NCBI GenBank assembly: GCA_951406725.2
Contig: OX597819.1
Coordinates: 78,306,001 to 78,370,000 of the forward strand
Length of the DNA: 64,000 nucleotides
DNA from: Octopus vulgaris
Taxonomy: Eukaryota
Direction of reading: 5' to 3'
Shown piece by piece: positions 1 to 13,870 of the stretch. The translations under genes and the position numbers were made by a program. Within the stretch, counting starts at the first letter, position 1, and every line of letters begins with the position of its first letter. Below the pieces are notes generated by a model, which was not told the DNA's origin, did not search any database, and worked only from the letters and a program-made list of their open reading frames with translations.

Positions 1-180
1 CTGTAAGCCAGTGGTTCAGCATAAAGAGGCCGATAGACTAAGTGCTGGACTTCGAAAAAATTTTTTTAAATGATAATTACTGGAGTCGATTTGTTTAGCT
101 AAAACCTTTCAAGGCGGTGCCCCAGCATGACCACAGTCAAATGACTGAAACAAGTAAAAAAAAATGATATGACGCTAACA

Positions 181-585
181 TAGGCGTAGGAGTGACCATG
201 TGGTAAGTAGCTTGCTTACCAACCACATGGTTCCGGGTTCAGTCCCACTGCGTGGCATCTTGGGCAAGTGTCTTCTGCTATAGCCCCGGGCCGACCAATG
301 CCTTGTGAGTGGATTTGGTAGACGGAAACTGAAAGAAGCCTGTCGTATATATGTATATATATATTTATGTATGTGTATATGTTAGTGTGTCTGCGTTTGT
401 TCCCCTAGATTTGCTTGACAACCGATGCTGGTGTGCTTATGTCCCCGTCACTTAGCGTTTCGGCAAAAGAGACCGATAGAATAAGTACTGGGCTTACAAA
501 GAATAAGTCCTGGGGTCGATTTGCTCGACTAAAGGCGGTGCTCCAGCATGGCCGCAGTCAAATGACTGAAACAAGTAAAAGAGTA
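181..585 (+). mobile_element. tRNA-derived SINE, family A (CORE-like), near full length
   Basis: Head GGCGTAGGAGTGACCATGTGGTAAG with B-box GGTTCAGTCCC, CORE-like CTTGGGCAAGTGTC, internal TA/TG microsatellite and tail GCAGTCAAATGACTGAAACAAGTAAAAGAG. More than 25 related copies or fragments lie in the window. Confidence 0.9.
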
Positions 586-2267
586 ACACAAACTCGCGCA
601 TTCGATTTACCCGTAGCCCTTCTCATCCTCCAACGCACCACTGGTATTGATTTTTGTTCACTCTGAAAAGATTTAGGAGAGAGCAGAATGAATCCCGTGT
701 GGATTTGAACTCAGAACATGTTTGTATGGTTTTAAGCTCGGTTACTTTCGACTCCATCAACTCTGCACCCCACACATTCCGGTGGCAACATTAATGTTAG
801 TTTAATTCCATATCACGCACCGTGTGTGTGTGTGTGTGTATATATATGTGTGTGTATGTATATATGTGTGTATGCGTCTACGTTTGTGTAAGTGTGTACG
901 TGCGTGAGTTAGTGAATGTCGATGGCTAACGAGAGAGAGAAAGAGAGAGAGAGAAGCAAAGGAGAGAGAGGGTGGGAAAGAAGAAACATATGGTATAGAT
1001 CAGAAACTCGAACTAGTTGCAATGGAACATGTTGTGGGCAGCAGGAGGAGAAAGATGAGGATGAAGATGACGGCTGTGATGGAGGGAGAAGGAATGCGTA
1101 TGTGCGTGCATGTGTGTTAAAGGCGAGAAAGGGTTAAATTTCTGTGATAACTCACTAACTAGTTCTGTCATAGCTCTTATTCCACCTCGACCTACACCCT
1201 TCCACCACAGAACAGCCAGTGGTATATAGCTTGCACGGTGGTGGTGGTGGTGGTGGGTTTGAAGGCCAGTGGTGAAGAAATAAGCCAAACCATTATGAGG
1301 CAGTAGCAGCAGTGTTAGTAATAGTAGTAGTAGTAGTAGTTTCGATAAGGAAATCGAAAGGGACGAACAACGAAGCCAGCGGTGTTGCAGTCCTGATAAT
1401 AAGGCTAAAGCATGTATATCTATATCTGTTCTCATTTATGTGTGAGCATGTGTGTAGTTATCATAAAAGAAAACGAAACAACCAGCCAGCCAGCCAGCCA
1501 GCCAACCAACCAACCAACCAAACCAACCACAAATGCGCGCGCGCGGGCAAATAAATGCTTCGGATTTGATTCAATAAGAACTTCTGGTTCGCTGAGTGGA
1601 TGGATCTATTTGCCCGGTTTTATGACTGGATTTATCTGTCGGTGTTATGTCGATCTATATATAGACCCCCTATCTATGTATAAATGTGGTCTTGTCTAAT
1701 GTATTGGTCTCTATTTCTTGAAAGCAGATTCTCAATAAAATTCGTGTCGAATCATTTGGATGATATTGTCCTATGTCCTTAAACAAACACTTCCTGCCTC
1801 ACTCTAGCAAGCTGTAAATGAGCGTTGTAACTATGTACAGTACACTGGCAAGAGCAGTTAGAGAACAACATAACTTGCAATGCTAAATTCAAATTTTACT
1901 TTGAATCGACATTGCTTCACTAGGCTTATTTGCCAACCCATCACCCCTGTACAACCCGCAGACTGTTCAATGGGTTACGCGGTTTACCTGAACTAACTGA
2001 TAGAACAGTTTCTGATAATCTTCCATGACAGTCATCCATTCAAAACCATAGTTAAACCAACACACACACACATATGTACACAGGCGCGCGCACATACACA
2101 CCAGAGTGACTAAGATACAAAGTGAGAAAGATAGTAGACCCGAACGGCTATACCTATCAGTTCGTGTGGGAATGTTCAAAATATCTCGTTTCGGATCTTT
2201 TCTCTTCATCTAAAATGCGAAGTAGGCTTGCTTACAGCCAAAACAACAAGACCATGTCTCTGTTCCC

Positions 2268-2346
2268 CACGTTCTGACGAAAGACGAAGATGCGAAACTT
2301 TGAATTCTACGTCACGGCTCTTGAAGTTCTCCAGTTCTTCAATAAA
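2268..2346 (+). ncRNA. Degenerate Penelope-type hammerhead ribozyme remnant followed by AATAAA
   Basis: CTGACGA (2274-2280), GAAAC (2294-2298), near-palindromic stem III, GTC triplet, then AATAAA at 2341. Stems I and II are imperfect. Confidence 0.5.
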
Positions 2347-2580
2347 CACTTATTTTATGGACACATATCACCATTTTTCTGAGATTCCGGGTTTTTAGCC
2401 TATCGTAGGCAGCTGAGTGAAAGAGACATCTAGTTTTGTTCAACTATGCTGTGGTTTGTTAAGGTGGTTGAAACTTCTCACTTTTATTATCTTCACATTT
2501 TGTACACACAAACGGAGAAAATATGCGTTCAGCGAAAGTCTAAAAGGAATATATAACACTACGATAGTGCTGTAGCTTAT

Positions 2581-2960
2581 AATAATCCTTTCTATTATAA
2601 GTACAAGGCCTGAAGTTGGAGGTAGGGGGTAGTCGATTTCATCAACCCCAGTTCTTGACTAGTATTAAATTTATCGACTCCGAAGAGATGAAAGGCGAAA
2701 TCGACCTCGGCGGAATTTGAATTCAAAATGTTAAGACGGACGAAATGAAGCTGAGTATTTTATCTGGTGTCCCAACGATTCTGCCAGTTCGCCGCCTTAA
2801 TAATAATGGTTTCAAATATTGCCACAAAGGCAGCAATTTTGTGGGAGGGGATGAGTCGATTACATCGATCCCAGTGTTCAACTGGTACTTATTTTATCGA
2901 CCCCGAAAGGGTGTAAGGCAAACTCGACTCCGGTGGCATTTGAACACAGAACGTAATGTA
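2581..2960 (-). mobile_element. Two family-B SINE copies (one full, one partial)
   Basis: Reverse complement of the GGCGGCGAGCTGGCAGAATCGTT head and GCCTTTCATCC..GTCGATAAA..GTACCAG core. Confidence 0.85.
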
Positions 2961-3154
2961 CCGGGTGGGAACAAACCAAAATTGAACTCTTATGACAACT
3001 GTTTTATACGTTTCAGTTCAAAGGCTTTGGCCATGCTGGGACACCACCTGTAAAAGATTCGAATCACAGCTAAGTATTTGTCCAGTCTTCTATTTTTTTT
3101 TATCTTATGTGTTTCAGCCTGCGGCTGGCGTTTCGCCTTGAATGGTTTTAGTTG

Positions 3155-3937
3155 GCAATCTGACAAAATCGTTAGCCAGCAAAATGCTTAGCGGCATTTC
3201 ATCCGTCTTTACGTTCTGAGTTCAAATTCCACCAAGGTCGACCTTGTTTTCCATCTCCTTTGGAGTCAATGAATTAAGTGATCGACTGTCCCCTTCCCCA
3301 CAAAATCCAGGCCGTGTGCTTTATAGTAGAAAGGATTATAATTATTATTCTGCCGAGTTCGACTTTGCCTTTTCATCATTTCAGGGTCGATAAATTAAGT
3401 ACCAGTGAAACACTAGGGTCGATATAATCGACTAGTCCCCTCCCTGCAAATTTCAGACCCTGTGCCTTCAGCAGAAAGGATGATTACTACTACTACTATT
3501 TGTATTACGGCGGGGACAAAATGCTTACGATATTTCGTCCGTCTTTACGTCCTGAATTCAAATTCAGCCGAGGTCGACTTTGCCTTTCTTCCTTTCGGGG
3601 TCCATAAAATAAGTACCAGCTGAGTACTGGAGTCGATGTAATCGACTAGTCCCCTCCCTTAAAATTTCAGGCTTTTTTCCTTTAGTAGAAGGGATTATTA
3701 TTAGTAGTAGTATTTGTATTACGGCGGCGAGCTGGCAGAACCGTTAACGCACCGGGGAAAATGCTTACGGTATTTCGTCTGTCTTTACGTTTTGAGTTCA
3801 AATTCCGCCGAAGTCGACTTTGCTTTTCATCCTTTGGCGGTCATTGAAATAAATACCAGTTACGCACTGGGGTCGATGCAATCGACTAGTCCCCTTCCCC
3901 AAAATTTCCGGCCTTGTGCCTTTAAAAGAAAGGATTA
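3155..3937 (+). mobile_element. Head-to-tail array of about 4 family-B SINEs
   Basis: Repeated GAGTTCAAATTC..GTCGACTTTGCC core, each unit ending in AGAAAGGATTA plus an ATT/ACT microsatellite tail. Confidence 0.9.
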
Positions 3938-4524
3938 ATTCATAGCTCAACATACAGGTAGGTTTTCGTTTATGGCATGAGGAAGGTGGGTAAGAAGTGA
4001 TGAAAACTAAAAGCAATAACAGAGAGGTTAAAAAGGATGAGGAAGTTGCTAGGAAGTATAAGAAAGAAAAAAAAAAGAGGAAGAGTGATAGGTTGATACG
4101 GGTATGTGTACGAATACAGAGCGGGGTGGCGGAGACAAGAAATATGTGGTAGAGGAGTTGGATTGAAGTTGTAACCAAACATGTTATGTTATCTGAGTTG
4201 GGATGGGATTGGACGGGTGTAAACCAGTAAGTTTGAGAACAAACCAGATAGAGATGATACGTCGGTCGATAGATTGGGTTCTAATTAGTCTGCCTGGTGG
4301 TAAGGGTGGTGGGTGTGAGAAGTGAGGCAGCTGCTGACGGTGTTGGTGACGGTGGAGTAATGGTGGTGGGTGGTAGTAGTAGTAGTGAATGGGAAAGGGG
4401 TGTTGTGATAGGAGAGTGGCAACGAAAGAGAAACAGACATTAGCTGGAAACTACCGAAACGGTTCTAAACAACCTTGTATGTGCGCGCGCGCGAGTGTAT
4501 ATATGTGCATATATTTATATATCT

Positions 4525-4908
4525 TTTACTTGTTTCAGTCAATAGACTGCGGTCATGCTGGGGCATCGCCTCGAAGAATTATTAGTCGAATGACTCGACC
4601 CCAGTGGTTGATTTTTTTTTTTTTTTTTTTTTTTTGCTAAACCTGGTTTTCATTTTATCGGCTTCTTTTACCGAACTGCTAAGCACAGCAACCCCGATTG
4701 TCAGACGGTGGTGGGGGACAAATACACACACACACACACATATATATATATACACATATACGACGGGCTCCTTTCAGTTTCCGTCTACCAAATCCACTGA
4801 CAAGGCTTTGGTCGCCCCGAGGCCATAGTAGAAGACACTTGCCCAGGGTGCCATGCAGTGGGACTGAACTCGGAACTATGTGGTTAGGCAGTAAGCTTCT
4901 TACTACAC
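4525..4908 (-). mobile_element. Family-A SINE
   Basis: Reverse complement of the 181-585 consensus. Confidence 0.85.
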
Positions 4909-5236
4909 ATGCATACATAAAAACCTTTATGTATAGATGTACCCGATGAGACCCAGACTGCAAAATTGATGCAACACAACAGGTTGAAAGGTGACCCACC
5001 CATAAGAGACAATAGCAGGAAGGATCGAAGCGACCGTTGTACAAAATTATGGTTAATACCAAATACGTCTTCTCGTTACTGACGCAATTATTATTATCAT
5101 CTCAACTAACACTGCGGAATTCCTGAAGTAAGTCCAACGGAAACACACTCCTTCTGTGGATGACACCAGGCAGTCCAAACTGTGCCAGTACTCTATTCAA
5201 CATATACTCATTAATTCAATATATATATATATATGT

Positions 5237-5900
5237 AGGTAGTGGGTAGCGATTTTCTTCACTACTTCAAGGTGTGACGACCCTGCCTGACACGAGTCCC
5301 TGGCTCAGCTGGCTCCGGCTGATAGTACCCGGTATGGGCCCCTATCCAGGGTTACGGAAAGGAGACAAACCTTTAAAGAAATCCGGAGTGAAGCCCCGAT
5401 GGCGGTTTAGTGTTCGACTCGACACTCTTCCAGCAGCTCATGCAACCAAGCTGGTGCCAAACGTAATGCTCTGCACTCCTTCGGACTACGTCAGCAAGGT
5501 CGAGAGAGGAATCCTGGCGATTGGGCTACCCAGGATTTTCTTATTTCTAGCCCAGGCTTGCTCAAAACTGGAGAGGACACTTCAGTGCTGTTGTAAAAAG
5601 AGGCAGAAAAAACACGGGAGGTAGCAGTCACGAGAGATAAGACCATTCTGATTGGCGTAAGATATGGGCGCTACGGGTTACTTCTGACGGTGGGAGGGAG
5701 CCCCGTGTCCCATTGGTTAGCTACTGCTCACCTCAAGCTGGGCAGCCCCCAGTTAATAAGGTGCTGACCCGCGACAGGTCGCCTGCTTCATTGGGTGATA
5801 TGACTACACAGTCACAGCAGGAGATGTATTAGGACATGAAATGTAAAAGCCGGACTAGATTATTTTATGCGCGACTCCATTGTCTCCCGAGACAAAAAAG
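5237..5900 (+). mobile_element. GC-richer unique block, possibly the 5' UTR of an RTE-like non-LTR retrotransposon
   Basis: Sharp compositional shift starting right after a (TA)n tract, no credible ORF. The RTE assignment is by resemblance only. Confidence 0.3.
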
Positions 5901-6236
5901 GATGCCAATAGAAAACATAATATTTCTATTTTATTAGAACAGTGACTGTGTGTCACTTTGAAAACTATATTCGAACGTTGAATTCAGCAACGCCACCTAG
6001 CCAAGCAGCTATTCTGTGTTAATAAAGAGCAATAACCCAGGAGTCGGTCCACATGTTTTGCACTAGATGGGAGTGCTGAGCTCCCTGTTCGAAAATATAA
6101 GGACACAGATATTGTATCGTATAGCCGGCTGGAAACGATGTTTCGTGGGACTAAACAACAGTAACATCGTCCCTTTCAGGACAGCCACATTATGTTGGCA
6201 AATAGCCTTTACTTTATATATATATATATATATACA

Positions 6237-6627
6237 CAGGGGTTGGACAAAATAATGGAAACACCTAGCATCATAATTTTGAAATCTATAAAACCGTCAA
6301 AAGCTTATTTATTTTTGTCTTCTGATTTATTAGTGTTGCTTAATATGTTTTGCTAAAATTGCTGGGGTTTTTTTCAGATATCATAAGAAAAGGTAATTAA
6401 AATTCATTAAAATGACAGATCAATCGAACTTTCAAAGAGGTCAAATTGTTGGTGCTCGTATGGCAGGCGCTAGCGTAACGTAAACAGCCGAAATGTTTGG
6501 TGAATCAAGAAGTACTGTCTCGAAAGTAATGACAACCTTTGAGAAAGAGGGAAAAACCTCCTCGTCGAAACAAACTTCCGGAAGAAAACCAAAACTTTCA
6601 GATAGGAACCGTCGGACTCTTACGTGA
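6237..6627 (+). pseudogene. Tc1-like transposon 5' end with disrupted transposase N-terminus
   Basis: TIR-like CAGGGGTTGGACAAAATAATGGAAACACC after (TA)n. ATG at 6412 reads MTDQSNFQRGQIVGARMAGASVT*TAEMFGESRSTVSKVMTTFEKEGKTSSSKQTSGRKPKLSDRNRRTLT*, a paired-like HTH plus GRPR-type linker. Confidence 0.85.
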
Positions 6628-6635
6628 ATGAAAGT

Positions 6636-6860
6636 GCATGGCCTAGTGTTGAGGGTGTTGCACTTACGATCGCAAGAGCGTGGTTTCGATTCCTGCATCG
6701 GGAATCATTTTTATATTAGTCCAGTTCACTCAGTTATAAATGAATAACCTTGTGATGGACTGGTGTCCCGTGCAGGGAGAATTCTGTGATCTCGGTTACT
6801 TACGCTCCATGGAAAGCGAGTGACTGGACCGGTGAGTCGTAGTACGCGTGACAGTAAGGT
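6636..6860 (+). mobile_element. tRNA-derived V-type SINE, degenerate
   Basis: A box TGGCCTAGTG, B box GGTTTCGATTCC, V-domain-like CCTTGTGATGGACTGGTGTCCCGTGCAGGG. Confidence 0.65.
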
Positions 6861-7894
6861 CCAAAGGACTTACTTTACTGCTTGAGAGTTGTAACGGCGT
6901 CCGACGATTGTCTGGAAATGGTCAAAACATGAAACTTCAAGTAACGATATCCTACTCCATATCAGGATTAAATTGGAATAGGGTGGATGGGTAAACAAAT
7001 AGATAAATAGAATAAATGGAAAGATGGGTGGATGGATTGAAAGGATGCATTTTGCCTGCTAAAACAGATGTTATATATTTTGGTGTGTGTGTGTGAACTC
7101 TCCTGAGAGGAATCGCAACACTTTAAGAGAGAGAGCTGCGAAAGAGGGAGAAAGAAAGAGATATCCGAAACAGTAGAAATAAGAGAAGAAAGGCAAATGC
7201 CATTTTCTCTCTCTCTCCCCTGCCACCCCCCCCCCCAACACACCGCATCTCATACACACAATCGTTAAATGAATAGCATATGGACACACGGACACACACA
7301 CACACACACACACACACGTACTTTCAGTCATTTGTTGGTTCAAACGTACACATTTAACATATTCTCACTCGTACTTATTTAGAAAACGATGCCACAGACA
7401 TACGTACATACACGCTGTTGTAGACGTTGTACAATATGATACAGTCACAAACATAGAAGGCTTTATATACATACATAATCTGTCAATAAATCGGTAGCTG
7501 GTTTATATCGGCACATACTTTAAGCCAGAAAATGTGTGCGTGCGCTTGTTTATATATGTCTGTACATCTCTCTTCCATACGCACGCGCGCGCACACACCA
7601 CACACACACTCTCTCTCTCTCTTTCTTACTCCCTCTCTCTCTCTCTAAAGACATAGAGCAAAAATTATGAAAAATATATTAAATGAAAATGTACGTATGT
7701 ATATAAAAAAAAAATGCATGTATATAAAAAATAAAAAATTCCCGCAGAGAAAACAAACAAGGACCACACCTCGTGGCAGAAAGTTTGAGATTAACAAGGG
7801 ATATTTAATAAAACCCATTTGGATGGATAAATGGAGGGAAGAGAATGGTAAATAGTGACGAGGGAATAACAGAACCATAAGGAGATGCTAACAT

Positions 7895-8262
<368 letters not shown>

Positions 8263-8559
8263 AGAAATGCGTTTACGTATGTTTAAATTACACATTCCAT
8301 ACAGCTATAATTGCGGAGAATCCTTCCCATCAACAGCTACCAACTGAAAGATCTTATCGATTTTGGCACCTTCCAACAGTGTTGTCCCCTCCAGTGGTGC
8401 CTAGCAGCATTGATATTGCCAGGGAATGCCTGAGCTCTCTTGGACAACAACACTAAAGCACACTGTTCCTTCTATAATCCATGCAGCCATCCACACTAAG
8501 CCAAGCGCAGCTCTAACCATTTCAATCATCCATGAAGCGACTTTTCTTTAACTTTTCAC

Positions 8560-9110
8560 TAAAGATTCCTTCTTTCCTCTTAGATTTAGTCTTTCTCTCA
8601 CTTGTGCCATAACCTTGAGAAACCATTTTCTGCTTCTCTCATTTCGCGATTTACAGCTCTGTTATTCTTTGAAATCCAATCAAGTAGTTGACCTAGTTAC
8701 ACAACATCCCGCCTTAATCGAAATGTGTAGTACATTTTGCACCCCCAGATACCCTAAATCCACTGTATCTGAGTGAGGTACTTCCTTTCATGTACCTATC
8801 GTCTTCTCAGGATTTTTTTTTTCCTCAGGCCAAACCATACCATAGGATCAAGGTGTTGCTTCGTCAATGCAATATAACTTGGGAACGAGCATTTCTTTCA
8901 AATTCACCTGTACCTTCTTGTTATTAGTATCATGCAGAAGTCTCGGTTTCAACCAGGGTTGTCATTTCACACCCCTCAGAGTGCAATTTGGCGTTGTTGT
9001 CCACTGCATTTACATTGCTGCTTGTACTTATCTTAATACATCAGTATGGATACTTAACTCTTTGCCTGTCCTGTGATTGATTATATACAAGACGTATTTC
9101 CTTGGTGTCC
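8560..9110 (-). pseudogene. Decayed C-terminus of an RLE non-LTR retrotransposon (Hero/R2-group-like)
   Basis: Frameshifted minus-strand translation gives RLLHDTNNKKVQVNLKEML / FPSYIALTKQHLDPMVW ... REAENGFSRLWHK*EK, resembling Hero-type LLH..DW...VDL..L.FP.HIA.T..RPD...W and EAE.AS.WLW.KR motifs. Confidence 0.55.
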
Positions 9111-9660
9111 ATGCATTATATATAAGGCACATATATAAGCAACTTCGGACATATAAAAGGAAAGCTTTATATTGTTCAGAACTTATCAAGCAAGGCTAAC
9201 TATAAGTCTGAAAACATAAGTTTGGGACAAACTTATGAAAATGCTTTGGACAGGCAAGATGTTAAGACTTTATGCCGCCAAACATACGAGTACACTCTGC
9301 AAAAAGATGATTTGCATAATGCGAAAACATACATCAGCAATGCATAATCACCTTATCGGAGCTTATCACTAGTGTTACTCTAGAGTCAACGTCTCCTAGG
9401 AATTAGATAACACATTTCCCCATTCTCCCCACTCTTAGTAACGGCATTTTATACACTTGTCGAGGCTACAATAGGCTACAATAGGCCTTGACAAAAGGAC
9501 TGCCTGGTAACGCCACACCTCAAACTTACCAGCCAAACCTAGAAGTCTCTCTCAGTTTCACCTCAATTTCAATACCTCTATTTTTCTGTTCCTTGATCGT
9601 TGGAATCCGTTCTTCTCCAATTTCAAAGCATAATTTCTTTAGACTATATTTGCATTATGG

Positions 9661-9744
<84 letters not shown>

Positions 9745-10209
9745 TGCGCTTTGGTAAGCAGTCAGATAGTTGGAATCCATCCAGGCAAGGAGAGATTTTG
9801 CTTCTCTTTTTGTTTCTATTATGGAAGTTATGCTGTTCATAAAGGCATGCAGTAGTGGCAGAACCATGCTAGGCGCCTGCTGAATTTGATTCCCCCCGAC
9901 TATCAATTCAATACCCATCACTAAGAGGACTGGAGAAATGGTACACTTAATCACAATATTTACTCTCCAATGCCAGCTAATTTGTCGTAAGCTCCTTATT
10001 AGTTATCCATATGAATACAGGTCCAGATTCAAGGGACCACATTAGAGGTTCACTCGCAAACTCTTGAACAGAAAAACAAGGTATATATCACGTTGAAAGC
10101 ACCGGTTCTTGACTGATCACTGAAGTTCTACAACGTCGAACCCAGTTAGTACTCAGAAAGATGACTGCTGGGGGAAAGTAGGTGATTACAGCACCTATCG
10201 TGTTGGTGA

Positions 10210-10535
10210 AGGCATGGTTAAGAAACTAGCTTTGCAACCACGTGGTTTCGGGTTCAGAACCACTGACACTGGGTGTCTTCTACTATTACCTTAGGTCGAC
10301 CAATGGCTTGTGAGTGAATATAGTAGACGGAAACTGAGTGGAAAGCCGTCGTATATGTGTGTGTGTATCTGGCTGTGTTTGTTCTACTGTTTGACAACGA
10401 GTATTGAGTGTTTTCGACAACAGAGTACCGACAGAAATAAATACCAGGCTTAAGGATCGATTTGTTGGCCTAAAACCCTTCAAGGCGATACTCCAGTATG
10501 GCCGCTGGTGTCCAAAGACTGAAACAAGTAAAAAG
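10210..10535 (+). mobile_element. Family-A SINE, diverged
   Basis: Head, GACGGAAACTG body and GACTGAAACAAGTAAAA tail. Confidence 0.8.
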
Positions 10536-10811
10536 GTAATCCGATAGGCGCATAGAGAACTGATTCATAAGCCTTTTGCCAGGTCAAATCAGACGATTTG
10601 ACGGTCTTTAACTTTCCTTCCGAGCTTGGTGACTGGAGCTTGGTAGTCCAGGCACACTCATGATAACCAGGGAAACCCGCGACCGAGGCTTTATGAATGA
10701 ACTCCGAGTTCATTCAGTGCTCGAAACTTGGACATCTTTCTTTCCAGTACTCCATCAAATATTTTACCATACAGGGAAAGAGAGAGAGAGAGAGAGACTA
10801 TTGTGTGTGTG

Positions 10812-10852
<41 letters not shown>

Positions 10853-11191
10853 GTATGTAAAATGAGCGAAGGATTGCAGGACAGATATCGGGAAGATAGT
10901 TTGTGCGCAGATTGATAAAAGATGACGAAATAGGGAGAGGGAAGGATTGATTGATGGATGGATGGATAGATGAATATTAACAGATCGATAGCAACATAGC
11001 TTGTCAGACAACTAGCTAGCTACATAGCTAGCTGGCTATCTAGGTAGCTGTCCTGGTAGATAAAAGGATGGACAGATTAAATAGATATATACAAAGGTGA
11101 TGGTTGTGGTGGTGATGGTGGAGAATGGATGATTAGATAAATGGGTGTGAGGTTAAATATGTATATAAATTAGATACATAGAGATAAACAA

Positions 11192-11225
<34 letters not shown>

Positions 11226-11489
11226 TGAGAGAATGATGAAGTTTTATAGAAAATAGGAGAAATAATAAGAAAAGGGGTTGTGGAATGAATGAGAAGCTAA
11301 AATTAAATTTTAAAAATAAAAAAAGGAAATGGCGGAAGGCGGAGGAATAAATATTTATTTATAAAACAGCAGATTAAAAGTGAGAAAATGATGTGCGTGT
11401 ATATATATATATATGCACGTACGTGTGCGAGTATAAAAATACACAGGTATGAGAGAGAGCAGAGAGCTAGCTAGTGGCTGCCACAATCA

Positions 11490-11532
<43 letters not shown>

Positions 11533-11741
11533 ATGTATAGTTAACTACACACATACACACACATATATACATGTACATTGAATGAATGCTCTCTACCTTG
11601 CACAGTTTTGTTATTGGTCTTGTTTCATGAGCGGAAACAAATAACAACAATCACACACCAGTACACACCTTGTGTAAACCTCTCACACATACAAAACACA
11701 CAGACGTGATGTCTCTGTGTGAGACATATATATGTATGTGT

Positions 11742-11801
<60 letters not shown>

Positions 11802-11885
11802 GGCCCCTTTCCTTTCTCTTCTCATATAATACATAATCACACTCAACAGGAACAAGAACGAGCGTTACCAAAAGTCAAAGAATGT

Positions 11886-11920
<35 letters not shown>

Positions 11921-12177
11921 AATCAACAACTGCAACAGCAGAAAGCAAAAATACAATAATAATAAAAAAAAGCTAAACAAAGAAAAAAAAAAGAACCCCT
12001 ACAAAAACATAGCAAAATCTCCCAACACCTACCACTACCACCACCACTATTACTAATACTACTACTACTCATACTATTTATGCTGGTATTAACATCAAGA
12101 AGAAGAAGAAGAAGAAGAAGAAAAGGAAGGAGAAGAAGAAGAAAAGGAAGGAGAAGAGGAGGACGACGAAGTAGAAG

Positions 12178-12490
12178 CCAGCTGGCTGTGCTGTTCTGGC
12201 TCCTCTTATCTGAGAAACAATTTCTTGAAAATAAGCAAGAAATTATGACCAATCAAAATATTTATGACCTGGTGCCAGGTCAGGCAACAAAAGATTTATG
12301 ATAATTTGCCTGTCAAAGGCAACTTGGCAGTTTTAGTAAAACATCATAACTCATTGTCATCTGCTAGACACACTGGAACCAGAGAAATGATAGCTTCCCC
12401 CAACGGAGGGAGATGGGTCTTGACGGTTGCCATAGAGACATCACTGCCGAGATCCATCACTGTCGTTTATCATTCTTATCAGACAGAAAC
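12178..12490. promoter_or_regulatory. Putative cis-regulatory island
   Basis: High-complexity 310 bp between microsatellites. Contains ER6 TGACCT-N6-AGGTCA (12265-12282), X-box-like GTTGCCATAGAGAC (12426-12439), TTTATGA, TGTCA and CTTATC motifs. Confidence 0.45.
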
Positions 12491-13112
12491 TCGCGGCGGC
12501 GGCGGCGGCGACGGCAGTGGTGGTGATGATGGCGATGGTGGTGATGGTGGTGGTGGTGGTGGCGGGAGAGGCTCCATAGTTGATGTAGAGGCGAAGGTGA
12601 TGGTGCTGTAGTTGTTGTTGTTGTTGGTCGTGGTGGGGGTGGAGGTAATGGTGAGGATTGACGCAAGGGGTGCGGGTGGGAACATACGAGAGAGAGAGAG
12701 AGAGAGGTGGAGAGTTAAGGAAGTAATAAGCGAGAGTGAGAATATAGAAAGAGAAAGAGAGAGAGAGAGAAGAGGACATAAAGTGTAAAGGAAAGAGAGA
12801 GAGAGAGAAAAGTGTGCAAGGAGAGAGAAAAAAGAGGGAGAAGAAAAGAACGAAGAAAGTAAGGGGCAGAAGTGACGGGTGGTTTGTATATAGGGGTAGG
12901 GTGTATGGAATATATAAAAAAAAAACTAAGGATGGGAAAGTGAATTTAACATAACATGTGTGTGGGTGTATTGACGAATGTGTGGTGAGGTACATGGGTG
13001 GAAATGGCCACCCTTCAATTCCTGTTACTCTAACACACACACACACATTTAATCTACCCTTTCTCTCTTTCTCTTCCACTCACATCATATCTGGTTCGTG
13101 TTATGTAGACAG

Positions 13113-13870
<758 letters not shown>

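Noticed and set aside
181-260. SINE heads as functional tRNA genes
   Set aside because: They have A and B boxes but no full cloverleaf, and they continue into repeat bodies.
1013-1435. Minus ORF with a signal-peptide-like poly-Leu and a poly-His run
   Set aside because: Both runs come from (TAG)n and (GGT)n repeats, and there is no recognisable domain or supported splice structure.
3155-3937. CRISPR-like periodic repeats
   Set aside because: Units are about 200-bp diverged SINEs in eukaryotic DNA with no repeat-spacer structure or cas genes.
6371-6397. Possible 15-nt microexon (TTTTCAG...AAG/GTAATT)
   Set aside because: It lies inside a Tc1 remnant with no other support.
12264-12611. 115-aa ORF over the unique island
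   Set aside because: No homology signal, and the C-terminal half is GGT/GGC repeat. A regulatory reading fits better.
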